DNA from: Hypanus sabinus
Lineage: Eukaryota
DNA: 64,000 nucleotides
NCBI RefSeq assembly: GCF_030144855.1
Contig: NC_082722.1
Span: 21,328,001 to 21,392,000 of the forward strand
Direction: 5' to 3'
Both the position numbers and the translations under genes were made by a program. The notes under the pieces were generated by a model that was given only the letters and a program-made list of their open reading frames with translations, was not told the origin of the DNA and ran no database searches. Shown here piece by piece: positions 13,101-28,100 of the stretch (its first letter is position 1; the number at the start of each line of letters is the position of its first letter).

Positions 13101-16100
13101 TGCTGTCCCCATTACTGAACAGCAGGTGGAAGTTCCAAGGCAATACAAATTCCAGTGGCTATTCTGCCTTATGTCATTGTAGGTCACCATTAGTAAAATG
13201 GTGCCTTCGGCTGGACCTTGTTGGTATTCATGTCTTCTCTTGGAGTGGCACAGAGCTGCTCATGTCTATGGCCAAGTGCGTACATTTGCTGTATCATTAA
13301 CCATGTGGGTGCCAATTCTCGGTACCGGAACGACTCCATCCTGACCAGGGGTGGGAGATTGGATGGCTGATTACTGTGTGGGTGGACATATTCAGGTCAG
13401 CATATTTCCACAGGGTGATTTGGTGTAGCAGCTGACTTTGAGGGGTGAGCAGGACCGGCTGAAGAAGATGAAGAGTTGAAAAAAGGAAAGAGGGAAGCGG
13501 GCAGCTCAGTGGCAGAGCTAGTAGATCCTCTGTCCCATAGCTCCAGTGACACAGATGAAATCCTGACTTTGGTAACAGTCTCTGCGAAGTTTACATGCTG
13601 TCCTTGAGGCCACATGTGTTTCCATTGGTTCCTGTGGTTTCCTCCCATATTCCAAAGTCCTGCAGGTGGTAGGTTATTTGTAAATTTCCCCAATGTCCGG
13701 GTGAGTATTGAGGACCTGGGGAGGGGGGAATGTTTGTGGGAGAATCTGACGGGATGAGGGGGTTAGGGGGAGAATATTATGAGATTATAATAGGTTGGTG
13801 TAAATGAGTTCTGGATGGTTAAATCAGAGTTTGGCTGAATGGCCTGTTGTGTGCTGGAAAAATCAACGATATAACTCAATGAAAGGGACAGACAGCTACG
13901 CCTTCTACAGGTGATCGACGCATCTTTATTGGGAGGTGGGGGGAACAAATTTAAAACCTACCAGCAGCACAGCAAAGAAGGTTAGATGGTCACACACACA
14001 AATGGTTTGATGACCCTCAACTGTTGTCTTACAGCCTGTGGAATTCCAGGAGTCTGAGATGTTTTCTGTAACATCAATTCAGGGTTTAAAGATTACACTG
14101 TGAGGTTTCCAACACTGACTGAAATATTTAAACTGGTTTTCAGCTTACCATTGTCACTTTCAAACAAGAATACACATCGATATGATCCTTTCTGAAATAT
14201 ATGGATTTGTTTAGTTAGTTTGTGTGTTACCAGAAACATGTTGCAATGACTGTTCAGCAATGTATGCATGTACCATTGTGGGCATCAAGGGTCTGTATAA
14301 AAGAGTCCGACTGGTACAACAGAACTAAACTGCTGATTAATAAGACTGTACACCTGAGCTGTCCCACTTGTCTGCTTAACCCTTTTTAGACTGATGTAAA
14401 CATCAGCAATAATGTCACTTTCTGATGTTGTTTAAAGACAGAAAACAAATTCAGAAAAGTCTCAAGAAATTGGGAGATGCTCTCAAAATATTGATGGTGA
14501 ATCTCAGAGTTGGATTTCTACCAGAGCTGGCACAGTAGAGCTGCTGACCCACAGCACCAGATACCTGGGTTTGAATCTGGCCTCAGGTACTCTCTGTGTG
14601 GAGTTTGCAGGTTTCTTCTGTGACCATATATATTTCCACCAGGTGCTCTGGTTTTCTCCTACATTCCAATCACATGCTGGCTGGCAAATTAATTGGCCTT
14701 TGTAAATTTACTTGGTCTTTATGCGTGTTGCAGAATCTGGAGGTTGTCAGGAAATGTAGTGGAGGCTTGACCCAAAAGCAGAGCAGTGGAGACGAGTTAG
14801 CAGTAAATAATACTTTATTAATATACTGTAAAATAACAAGACATGAGGGGCCACAAAACCAGAGAGAACTAATACTTAATACACAATGGTAACAGAAGTT
14901 TGAGAGCAACTGGATGAGGTTGGCTAGTTCAATGGGTGAACAAGGACTGGGGATGAGTGTTGGGTTTAAATAGGTTGCATGTGATGAGTTGGAAACAAGT
15001 GACAGGTGAGTCCTGTCAGCTGGTTGGAGACTGGAGGTGCAGGCCAGATGGGTGTGAGCTACTGTGAATGTGGGGAGGACAAAATATAGAAGAAACATGG
15101 AATCGTGATGATTGGTGCAGACATGGTTGGACAAAAAGCTTGTTTCTTTGATGTATCTCTCTAACCTCATTCCACCCAATGCGATTATAAAGTGGAATTA
15201 GATGTCTTGTTCAGTGCTGTCATATTGATACTGCTTTACTGCACAGAAGTCTGATAATTGGAGCCTCAAACTGCACCCAAACTGATTCATATCAATTAGA
15301 TTATGTTAATGTTAATAATGCATCAACAATAATGTGCACAGATAGAAATGAATTTAACAGCTCGATTTATGGGAATTAAATAAAACCATCAGACCATAGG
15401 ACATCAGACCATTTGGCCCATCCAGTCTGTTGCAGTATTGCATCATGGTTGATTTATGATCCCTCTCAATCCCATTCTTTTGCCTTCTTCATGTAACATT
15501 TGACACCTTGGCTAATTAGGAACCTAACAACCTCTGGTTTAAATATACTAAATTACTTGGCCTCCACAGCGATCTGTGACAATGAGTTCCACAAATTCAC
15601 TAGCGTCTGGCTAAAGAAGTTCCTCCCAGTCTCTTTTCTAAATGGACATCCCTCTGTTCTGTGGCTGTGCCCTCTGGTTTCAGATTCACTCACTGTAGGA
15701 AACATCCTCTCCATATCCTATTTAGGCTTTTCAATGTTTGATAGGTTTGAATGTGATCCTCCCTCATTCTTCTAACTTCCAGTGAGTACAGGCCCTGCTC
15801 CAGCACACTGTGCTCATGTGTGTAAACTTTCATTCCCAGGTTCATTATAGAGAACCTCCTTTGAACATTTTCAATGCCAGCAGATCTTTTCTTAGATAAG
15901 GGGCCCATAACTGCTCACAGTACTCCAAGTGCGGTCAACCAATGCCTTGTAAATGCTCAGCATTACATCCTTGCTCTTAGCTTCTGATCCTCTCAAAATG
16001 AATACTAACATTGCATTTGCCTTCCTTACTATAGACTCAATCGCAAGATTATCTTCAGGGAATGCTGCACAAGGACTCCTAAATCCCGTTTTCAACTTTC

Positions 16101-19100
16101 TCCCAATTAGAAAATATTCTACACCTTGAGTCTTTCTACTAAAGTGCATGATCATACACTTTCCTACACTATAGTTCACTTGTTACGTTGCCTACTTTTC
16201 CAATCTGTCTAAGATTTCCTGTAGAATCTTTGTTTCCTCAACTCTCACTGTCCCTCCACCTATCTACTTATCATTTGCAAACCTGGCCACAAACCATCAA
16301 TTCCATCATCCAAATCACTGACATGTAATGGGAAATGAAGCAGTCCCAACACTGACCCCTGCAGGAAACCATTAGTCATAGGGAGCCAATCAGAAAAGGT
16401 GTCCTTTATTTCCATGCTTTGCTTCCTTCCAGTCCCTCAATCTTCTGTTCATTCTAATATCTTTCCTGTAATACCATGGACTACAATCTCTTATCGTGTT
16501 AACCAGCCTCATGTGCAGCTGCTTGTCAGAGCCCATTTGAAAGTCCAGGAAGACAACATCCACTGACTCTCATTTTTCTATCCTGCTTGTTATTTCCTCA
16601 AAGATTTGTCAGACAAGATTTCCCCTTAAGTAAACTGTGCTAACTTTGGGGTATTTTATCATGTGCTCCAGGTACCCTGAAACCTCATTCTTAACAATAG
16701 ACTCCATCATCTTCCCAACCACTGAAGTCAGGCTAATTGGCCTATAATTTCCTTTCTTCTGCCTCCCTCCCTTCTTGAAAGATAGAGTGGCATTTGCAAT
16801 TTTCCTGTCCCCCAGAACCTTTCTAGAATTTAGTGATTCTTAAAAGATCAACCTCTTTCATAACCTTTGGGTGTAGTTCACCTAGTCCAGGTGACTTATC
16901 GACCTTCAGTCCTTTCAGATTCCCAAGCACTTTCATCTGAGTAGTAACAATTACACTCACTTATGCCCAGACGCTTTTGAACTTAAGGCATTCTGCTAAC
17001 AGCTTCAACAGTGAAGAATGATGCAAAATACTTGTTAAGTTTGTCTGCCATTTCTTTGTCCCTCAGTCCTACCTCTCTAGCATCAGTTCCCAGCAGTCTT
17101 ACATCCACTCTTGCCTCTTTTACACTTTATATACCTGAAGAAGCTTTTGGAGTTCTCTTATCTTATTAGCTAGTTTTCCTTCACTTTCCATCTTTTCTCT
17201 TCTTATGGCTTTTTAAGTTGCATTTTCTTGGTTTTTATGAGCTTTCCAATCCTCTAACTATACACTAATTTTTTGATATATTATATACCCTCTCTTTTAC
17301 TTTATGCTGTCTTTGACTTCCCTTGTCAGCTAGGGTTGTGGCATTCTCCCTTTACAGGACTTCTTCATCTTTGAGATGTATCTTTCCTGTGCCTTCTGAA
17401 TTGACCCAGAAACTCCAGTCACTGCTGTTCTGCTGTCATCCCTGCTAGTGTCCCCTTTCAATCAACTTTGGCCAGCTGGTTTCTCATAGCTCTGTAATTC
17501 CCCTTACTCCACTGTAATACTGATACATCTGACTTTATCTTCTCCCTCTCAAACTGCAGGGTGTATACCATTATATTACAAGACTTTAATAGGGCCGTTT
17601 ATTGATACAAAGGAGCTGATTACAGGTGATTTTCATAGAATGAACTAATGTGTAAATTAAATGTTAGCCAGGGTGGTTAGTGTTTTGAATTAGTTGACAA
17701 TTCTGAGTAGAAAGATGTTACTACACCAAGTGATTTGTTACAATCTGTGTCTGGGTAATAAAGGGATAAATTTTAATTGACTTATAGACCTTTCATCATT
17801 CTGGAAAGATCTTGTTTTGAATTATTGTCAAAATACTTACTTTCATATTTTTGCCATGATTAACCTTAATAGTCACACCTTCCATTAAGTTCTGAATGCT
17901 TGTGTTTCCCACAGTAATTCCAAACACTTGGTCATTTAATAGTGTGCTATTATTTTCATCCTGCAGAGAAATAAACCAAGAGTCCTTTCAGCAAGGTGCA
18001 GTGTTGAAGAACACAGCATCAGAACTATATTTTGCCCAAAACATCTGGCCAAGTTTGCTCCTCTGCCTCTTTGGTGGACCATCACAAATTAGACTGGGAT
18101 CTACATTCACCTGGTTCCAGCACTGTTTCAGAAATTACTTCTTCCCAGCCCAACCAGGAACCACAGGGAAAGGCCTTAACATGGGAGATGGCGAGGTCAG
18201 GGTGGAAAATCATTCAAACTGAGGACTGACCACCACAGGCACCTGGTCCTTTTCGACTGAATGGTAGCAATGTAGGCTGACAAAAATCTCATTTCATGTG
18301 TACATTTATACAGGCTACAATGACACTTTTGAACAATTTACCTCAAATAGTTCGGTGTCATTAAATACGGTGAAAATGATCCTTGAAAGGTCATTCTGTT
18401 GCTCTTCAGCTCTCTCAGATAGCTCAGCTGGAAGGATCACCTCAACATCAGCATCCTGATTATCAGTGGTTTGTTCACCCACCTATACAAGTTAAAGGGA
18501 AACAATTTCACCATTCACTCCGTGTTCTGTTGATAATAGGTACAGATTTATCACTATCTGATCTGATTGTAAGGTAGGAAAGTCTTATAATCATGGAGTA
18601 ATACTGCACGCAAACAGGAACTTTGACTCAACTTGTCCAAGCTGACCAGTAATTAGTCTCAATTTCTCACAATGGTCCGAAATCCCTCTAAACCCCCATA
18701 TCCATATACTTACCCAAATGTCTTTTCGATGTTGTTATTGTACTTGCCTCAACCACTTTCTTTGGTGGTGGTTTAGTCCATAAATGTATCACCTTCTGCA
18801 TGAAAAAACTTGCCCCTCCGGTCCCTTCCAAATATTTCAATTCTCAACTTAATCCCATGCCCTCTGATTTTTACTTCCCTTTCCTGGGTCAATTACTGTG
18901 TGTTCACCCTATGAAAACCCATCACAGTTTTATCTAACTCCATAAAGTCTTCTCCTATATTCCAAAGGAATAAAGTCCTAGCCTGTCCAATTTCTCTCTG
19001 TAGCTCAAGTCCTCCATTACAAAAAAAAACACATTGACTTACCTTGACAGAAACATTGAAAATGACACATAAACATCATCTGTTGCTTCTTTTAGGCAAA

Positions 19101-22100
19101 TTTCCTTTCCGCATTGTTAGTCCAAGAGACGTTTAAAGAGTGATCTAAAGATTGGTTGTATACGTAGCTCCAGCATAAGTGGACAATTTTTAAATATCTT
19201 GTACTTACCCATGATGAATTAGCAATCAGTCTTATTTGTTTTCTGGAGATTTCCTTTTTTCTGAAAACTTTATATTCTGTGTGTATTTCCATGGCATCAT
19301 TCTTTAAATCCTCACATAATAACAACATTTCCAAGCATTTCCTTCTGGGTCTGTGAAACCAGAAGACATGAAAATGTACAAACAGTAATGTAATGAGAAA
19401 TTACAGCTGACTCCATGGACGGGAGAGTAATTTACGTCATCTCAATTCAGTCTTTTCCTCTTTACTCCCTTTCAATATTCTCTCTGCCTCACCCAAACCT
19501 TCATCAGTCATATTGATGAAAGCATCTAGAACCATGTGATTGAAAGGGCAGGTGGGTCCTAGTGATCAGTGCATAATGAACAAGTAAAGTTTAACAACAC
19601 ATCCTCACCACTGATGCTGCTACATTCACACACATACAAGCATGCAGCAGACATACACACGCAAGCATACACCACATATAGATACACACACCACATGAGC
19701 ATATCAAGTACATACATGCACATACACAAATGTATACACATTTGTAAGCACGTGTACACACACACATAACACACCCATCATCAGGACAGATCAATAATTG
19801 TCATGGATCTTAATGTAACACGACTATGCGGCAGAATTACCAGATGCCCTCATCCAGTCAAGGACCAGTAGATCTGCGCACAGAACTAAAATCCTCCCCT
19901 CTCTACAGATGAGTGTTTACACTCCCACACTGATACTTTGATGGAACATTCACACAGAAATGTAGATACACAAATGCCTTGTCAGATCAGGCGACTATTT
20001 CCAACATCACCATCACTACTCCTCAGATGATTCGGTTGTTCTATCTCGTGTGCTTGAAGAAATTAGATCTTTACACTTTGGATAACATAGGCTGATGTAA
20101 TTGAAATGATTTCAAATCCAACAGAATTAGAAGATGTTGAGATGTTTCCGCCAGTGGAAGAGACTGCAATATGCGGATATGTAAGATTAGTGAATGGTTA
20201 TTTGAAACTGAATTACATAGCAATGTTTTCTTGTAGAAGATATATATCTCCGGAATGCTCTATCCTAGAGCTTGGTAGAGACTGAATTCCTGGGGATACT
20301 TAAAGAGGATGTAGATACATTTTTGAGGGAATGGGAAACTATGAGGAACTCGCTGAGAAGAAGAGGCAGATTAATCATGTTCATATTGAATGGTGGGGCA
20401 ATCCTCAGGGTCTGAATATCCAATTGCGTCCCTTATGAGAAAAGTGAGAGCATTTGTATTTTCTGCACTGGCACAATTGCATTTCTGCAGCCTACCAAAG
20501 GCAATTCTCTCCTCTCTATTGTTCTGTGAGAAAACATATACTAACCACAGGTGACATGGGTACCTGGGGTTTGGTCAAATGTCCTCTTCCACTGGCCATC
20601 AATTTGGATATGTGTGGAGCAGGATCCCACAACAATTTATTTCAGTGCTATCCTACTGCTTAAGATTGAAAGAGTCTCCATATCTATGAATCCTAGCAAG
20701 CTGCTACTCCCACTTTTTGCCATACTGTGTTAATTGAGGCAGTGTCAAGAGGTCGTTTGAAGGTAAGGCTAATTGTGCTGAATTCTCTTGATGTGCAATT
20801 TCCATTAAGGTTCTGTGAGCAGCTATGAGTAAGCTGATGAATGATCTTTGTCCACCGCCACCTGGAGCAATGGGAGTATCTGACCAACTCAGGCTGATAA
20901 AAGATCCTTCTTGTAATGTATCATCGAGAGACTCATCCCAGTGTATTGGTCATTTGGATGATGAATAATCTGAGTATTGTAAACAAGGGACAAAATACAT
21001 CATACATTATGAGAACACAATTTTGAAATTCTTCTTTCCTGATTACAACTTTTTCAGCTGTAAATCTTTATACTTCATATCTAACATCAGTGAAAAAGAT
21101 AGTTCAATTATAACATACTTCTTGAGACATTTATTTTTTGAACTTGTTTGTTGATTGGTCACATTTAGAAAACCTGAAATGAAATGGTAGAAAAAATTGT
21201 TGTAAGTACTTCAGAAATAATTTGTGTTCCTGTGGCTTTATCTACCCACACTTCACTCCTTTGTTAGCCAGTGATTAAACAGGTCATCAGTTCTGTAGAG
21301 GAAATCAATATGTTGTACTTGGCAGTGAGGACAGGTTTACACAGAGTGCAATCTGTGCCAACTGCAAGGAATTGGAATTTGTTGGACAGAGAGCAAGAGA
21401 ATTCAGTTACTGAAAGAGAGGTAAGTGTTACACCAAAATTATACTGGTAAATTAAGCAGAAATGATCAAGTATTTAATCACTAACCTAGAATCTAACACA
21501 ACAATGACAAAGAAAGAGTGGATCAGTTCAGGATACAAATGGAAGATCAGTATCTTTATGAAAGAGAAAGGAGAGTAAAATATTTCTTAGATCATGACTG
21601 GTAACTGTGGACTATTCCTGAAGATATGGGAATTTCTGCTCCTTGTGTCTCCGGATGTCACGCTGCACAGGCTCTGCCTCTGATTGATCACACTCAGGTT
21701 TAAGATTTCAGAAGTCTCCGTGGAGCATGAGGGAAATTGAATTTCCAGGATTGTACGTTCCAGGACGTAGACTAAATGATAAATGAGTGGTCATTTGAAG
21801 AAACAGCATGGGTAAAACAGCAGCAAACATTCTCAAATCAGTACCCAACATTAGAGACTGATGGAGATGAGTCCAGAGGGCAGTCCAGATCATGGCACCG
21901 TGGAGAGTGAAACTACACAGGGAGCACCACAAAGGGTAAAACTGCAGCTGTATGCAGAAATGCAGTGAGAATTCATTTAACTGAAAAAAACAAATGTATG
22001 TAAAGTGTCTGACAGTTGTAGTGAAAAATGGCCTTACTACATACAGTGGTTGCTGAAGTCATCTGTATCCTTCTCTGAGCCCCTGCAGTATGATCTACCC

Positions 22101-25100
22101 ACAAAGTGTAGAAATCCACAGAGAACCAGCCACATGGTTCTACTGAGTTTGCATTCATCCCTCAATGCTCAGACCTTACCTGGAGTGAAACTATTCATCA
22201 GCCTTTTACAATCCCAATGAACCCAGAACATTTCTTATGGTCAAACCACCAAACAGGGTAGCGTTGCCTCAAGAACATATTTCACTGGGCTGGCTGGTAA
22301 AGTAACAGGATGGATAATGGAGAGTGATAATTGATTACAGATTATTAAATCAGGTCATTCCAGTGAATGGCCCAACAGTCTGCTGTAATAGACAGCAGAG
22401 AATCAGCAGTGACAAATATTCTCCAGGAAGAAATTCATTGGATCGAGTAGGTTCTGTTGGGACAAAGGACTGATGCAGCTATTAACTTTATCTGAGAAGT
22501 GAAAATGATTCCTGGGAAGGAAGATTCTCCTATGCTAAGGCACTCTGTGCAAGACTCATTAATTCAAAACTTGAGAGATAATCTCTTTGGGATGTGTGAA
22601 ATTCTGGAATGACATGCCATTGTAGAGGAAAACAACAAACTGCTACAACTGGGATTCCCAATGTTTATATGGCATGGACTCCTATCATTAACCGAAAGAT
22701 CCGCGGACCCCAGTTTGGGAACCCCTGTGGAAGAAGAACTCAGCAGATCAGGCAGTATCTGTGGAGGAAAATGGATAGTTGAAATGTTGGGTTGAGATCA
22801 TTTTGAACTGAAAAGGTACAGGGGAGATAGTTGATACAGAGGGGTGAGGGGAAGGGGTAGAGCAAAAGCTGGCAAGCAATAGGTGGGTCCAATTGAGATG
22901 AAGCAATTAGCACATGGAGGAGGCAAGAGTACATAAAACAGAGCTTGAAGGGAGCAGTTGATAGAATCTGACAGGAGAGGCAGGTGGAGCATAGAACTCA
23001 ATAAGGAAGGTGGGGAGGTCAGGTGGGAACAGTGGGGATGGGGAACCACTGGGAGGAGTGCGTACATGATGGGCAGATGGAGTGGACAGGGAAGAGGAAA
23101 AAAACAAGGTGAAAGGAGACAGGTGAGTGTAGAATAAAAACAAGTTTCCATCACTTTCTGATTTTATTCCAGATTTCAGAGAAACATCAGCAGTCTTTTT
23201 TTTATTTTAATTGGCAGCAGGAGTAACTGCTGGAAGTTGCATCTGGAGCAGTCCAGGAAGGAATTCCATGTGCTTATCTGATTTGTTAAAATTAATATTC
23301 CATTGATTAGAACTACAGCTCTCAAACAAAATAGTAAATGGTGCCTAACACACTCCTCAAGACTCCAATGTTTTTGTGAACATAATGATTTACTCTAGCA
23401 CAAAATGAGGACATTTGGCTATTGGGTAAATACTAACTCTCAAGGAAACAATGGTGGACACCGGGGTTATAAATAGTGGACTTACGCATGTGGGCTAATT
23501 GCAAATTAAAAACTGGCAACTTTCTTGGTTCCAAAGAAAGTGACTGAGCAGAAATATTAATTTCATGGATCTCTTCACAGGAAATGTCCCTCCTGTTGGC
23601 CAGTATTTTCTGATTTTATTTCTGCTTTCCACCACCTGCAGCATTGTGGTTTTTTGGTTCAGATCCAGACACTCTGGTTAAGGATTTGGGAACGAGAGAG
23701 GCCCAGAGTTTGCTGGGACTGTAGCAGCCATCTTTGGTCATGTTGTGCGACAGTGGGAGGAGATCAGTGTTAGAGTAAATCAATGATGATATGCTACATT
23801 ATAGGAAAGATTCAGCACCTTACATACATGGTCCCAGTTGGTGAGCAGATGGATCCCACCTGCCATCCAGAGCACCACTGACCTCACATGTTCTGCACCA
23901 TACACCAAAATGCCTGAGGTGGGATCTTACTGTACAAATATAGAGGTCATTTTCCCCAGAATGCAATCACTTTCAAAAGTATTTCATTCTGATTTACTTT
24001 GATAAAAATCTGTGGCTGAGAAAAGATATTCATAACAGCAAGTTACCTGAACTTTCCTGAATCTGTGAGTTGGTATTCATCATTAATTTGGTTAAAAGGG
24101 AAATGGAACTGAAAGGATTCAAAGCGGTGAAAGATTCTCATGATGTTAAAAATTTAAGTTACTGACCTTGGCACTCCGTCTTCATACATTGATATATGCA
24201 ACAAATACCTGCAGAGACAGAATTAAAGAGTCAATGTTATGGTGTTAGTGCAGCGATTATGGCCCAAGTGCAGAGGGAGAGACACTGAAGCTGATGAATA
24301 GTTCACTGACATAATAAGGCTACAAACAGCTAAAGGAAAAACAATAAATGCTCAGCCAATAGGTCTATTAACCAAAACTCACAAACTGAAAGCTAATGCT
24401 GACATTGCAATGAATTAATGACTTAATACTAAATGAATACTGCTCCTTTACAGTGTCAGTCAAGCAGTAGACTTCTTTCCCAGAACAAGGACAGAGGTAA
24501 GCAGGGAGCATAGACTTTGCTGTGCTTTTGGTAAAGTCTCAACAAGACTGGAATGAGAGGCAGGGAGTTAAATACCACCACAATGAAACACTAATTGGCT
24601 GGAACTTGCATATTCACGAGGGTGATTGTTGAACCCATTTCACAATCCACTTGTGCAGGTACAGAGACCCTGCAAGAGAGTCCATGGTTTCAACAGGGTC
24701 CCCCTCCCTTGGCGCAGTTCTCAAGGTGCTAGAGACCTGTCCCTGCTGCATTTAAAGGGGGACATGCCAGTGGCAATAACTGGAGGTGATTTTGGGCAAT
24801 CACTCCCCAACTAATTGGGAGCTCCCAGGATATAGAGATGAAAGAGAGAAGGAAGTGCAGGGATGTCTCCAGCTTCTGATTCACTCTCTCAATCTGTCCA
24901 TTAGACTGGGTGTGGAAACCCGATGGGAGGCTGGCTGTAATTCCCAGAAGATTACAGAAGGCCTTCACAAAACTGTGGTCCTTGATCAGACACTCTAACC
25001 ATGTGGGTAGCAGTCACACAAGCCAACGGAAGCTTTGGGAGAGCAATGAAGTGGGCAGCCTTGGAGAATTGATCCACAACCACCAGAACATTAATGTTTC

Positions 25101-28100
25101 CATCAGAGGGGTTCAAACTAGTGATGAAAACCACCGAGAGTTGGGACCAGTGGCTGTGAGACACAGGTTGCAGACACAGAAAACCTGCTGAAGGGTTTTG
25201 ACCAGAAACATTGACTGTACTCTTTTCAATAACTACTGCCTGGTCTGATGAGTTCTTCCAGCATTTTATGTGCGATAGCAACCAATAGGTTTGATAGGTA
25301 CATTTAATGTCCTTGGATTGTATACAATATATATCGTGACATTCTTTTTCTTTGCAAACATCCACAAAAAACAAAGGAGTGCCCCAAAGAATGAATGACA
25401 GTTAAACGTTAGAACCCCAAAGCCCCCCCTCCCCACAGCTCCCTTTCCAACGCACGAGCAGCAGCAAGGCAACGACCCCTCCCCCACCAGCAAATAGCGT
25501 CAGCGCCCTCCATGGAGCACTGGAGTATGCAGCAAGCATCAATAAAGACACAGACTTGCAGTACCCCAAAGACTACTCGTTCACCTGGTAATTCCACATA
25601 CCACAGGCTCTCTCTCTCCCTAATAAGGGAAAAAGAGAAGACCCTGTTTCACAGCGAGAGGGGAGACATAACAAACAACTCGCTGATTTACGATATTAAA
25701 AGTCTGTTGTCTTGTTTATTCTGAGTTCGGCTCCCAGAGAGTCGGCCCCAGGAAAGTGCAGATCTCTGGACACACATCCATGGCAGCTAACCCACTGCCC
25801 CCAATGTTCCATGTTCTCCCACGATGTTACTGTCAGGGGCACCGGCCTAGAATCTGCAGTCTACAGACCCATGAAAATCTGAAATCCTGAAGGCATGCTA
25901 ATATTCCAGGCCGTGTCGTTAGGATATCAAAAAGCGGCCGGTCATGAGACCGAGAGCAGGTCCATTCCTGCAAAGAACTGAAGTCAGAGTGTAACTCCAG
26001 GTCAGGGTCTTCAAAAGAACCTTGAAAATCAAAAAAACAATTAAAATAGAGCTGTTTCCAAAGATGCAAGCAAGGGGTCGCCGTTTACCACCATCTTGAC
26101 GTATGCAGGCATGACGTCAAGGGTGCAGCTGGTTTTCCGCAGTTGGGAGAGTACAACTCTCATAATGACATCTGATGCATCTATCTTGACACTGAATGGC
26201 CAGGATGGGTCTGGGTGTTGCAGCACTGGGGCAGTGGTAAAGCGTTATTTTATCTCTGAGGATGCTCGATCTGCTTCACTTGTCCAATGGAATCCTGCAA
26301 AGGACTTCTTGGTGAGTGCAGTTATGGGGGCTGTGATGGAACTGAAGTTTCTAATGAAGCAGCAATAAGTTAGCAAAGCCCCATGAAGCGCTGCACCTGT
26401 TTGACTGCAGATGGTTTGTGCCACTCTGTGACTGTCATGGGTCCATTTGAACACTGGAAGGGGTGAGTATATAATCCAAAAACGACATCTGCTCTTTATG
26501 CAACTCACACTTCCCTGGTTTACCTTAAAGGTCATTCTCAAGGAGTCATCTGATAATCCTTTGGGCATGCTGGATGTGTTCCTGGCGAACATGGGAATAG
26601 ATAAGAGTATAATCCAAATACACAAGCACAAATAGATTCAACATGTCTCAGAGCACATTGTTGACCAGGACCTGAAAAACAGCAGGGCAGAGAAAGAGCT
26701 TGCCATTGAACTTACTCCCAAAAGAGAAGCTGCCCTCTGCAGGCAAGTTTGAGGGATGGGTAAATCCTAAGACCAATGCCTCCTTTATGTATTCTTCCAT
26801 GGCCTGCATTTCTGGATGAAAGAGGGGAAAGAGCCATCCCTGGGCAGGACTAATACCAGCTAAGAGGTCAATGGCACAGTTGTATGGCTGGTGTGGTGAG
26901 AGGAAGATGGCTGTCCTCTTATTGAAGACTTCAAGAATGTTAACATATTCAGCCAGAACAACAGACAGGTCCACAGTAGCAGTTGGCATAGAAGGGAGCA
27001 GGGTGACAGGGGCTTGAGCTGGACCTAGAAAGTTAGACATGTCAATGCCCACTCTTGGAGCGCCTTTAGGGACCAATTGATCTATTGTGGGTCAAAATAG
27101 CTAAAGAAGGCCAAACGCCAGCGGCAGTTCATGTAAATCACCAAGCTAGAAGGAGACCTGTTGACTATGTCCAGTGGCCCTGACCTCAGACATCATGAAA
27201 ACCCAAGAAAAGTTGGTTCTGGCTCACCTCTGACCCCTGGTTATCTTCCACAAGCACAGAGTCAACAATGCTGTCATCTACCTGTTGAATAGAGCTTATT
27301 CCCATTTGGATAAGCAGGGTACTACTGTGAGGATCATTTTTTAAAATTTCTCAAATGTCTTCAATACCATACAGCCCTCATTGCTGAGGGGGGGGGGGAG
27401 GGCGGGAGGGTGGGAGGGTGGAAGCTCCATTCATTGCAGATTGGCACCAATTTTATCCTGGATAATGGACTACCTGACTGGCAGACCACATTTTGTGCAG
27501 CTTCAGAGCTGTGTATCAGACATGGCTATAAGCAGCACTGAGACCCATCAGGGGATCATATTGGCTCCCTTCCTGCTTACCCTGTATACCTTGGACTTTA
27601 GATATAACACTGAGTCATGTCATCTGTAGAAATTCCCTGACGTCTCAGCAATAGTTAGGTGTATAAAGAGAGGATGGCAGATGAATACAGGGCCCTAGTG
27701 GTGGAATTTGTCAAATGGTGCAAACTGATTATCAGTAAGGCAAAGGAGAAGGTGATGGATTTTGGGATCACTAAACCTGTACTACTCTCTGTTACTGTTG
27801 ATGGGGAGGATGTGGATGTGGTGAGGACCACAAGTAACTGGGGCTACACCAGGATGACAGGCTTGAGTGGAGCACCAACACAGAGGCTATATACAGGAAG
27901 AGTCAGAGTCGCCTCTACTTCCTGAGGAGACAGAGGTTCTTTGGAGTATGCAGGCATCTCCTTCACATGTTCTACTAGCCTGTTGTCGCTAGTTCAGTAT
28001 TCTATGCGGTGGTGTGCTGGGTGATGCCAACAGGCTAAATAGACTGATTAGAAAGGCTGGCTCTGTTATAGGAGTTAAAATGAACACACTTGAGGCTGTG

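Noticed and set aside
19043-19150. Strong donor CAAG|gtaagt at about 19043
   Set aside because: All three frames from the nearest clear acceptor contain stops, and the exon phases already close without it.
19559-19794. Cys/Val-rich and His/Thr-rich ORFs
   Set aside because: Translation of a CA microsatellite.
20560-20970. Possible PLL-type exon remnant
   Set aside because: Stops in every frame and no convincing motif.
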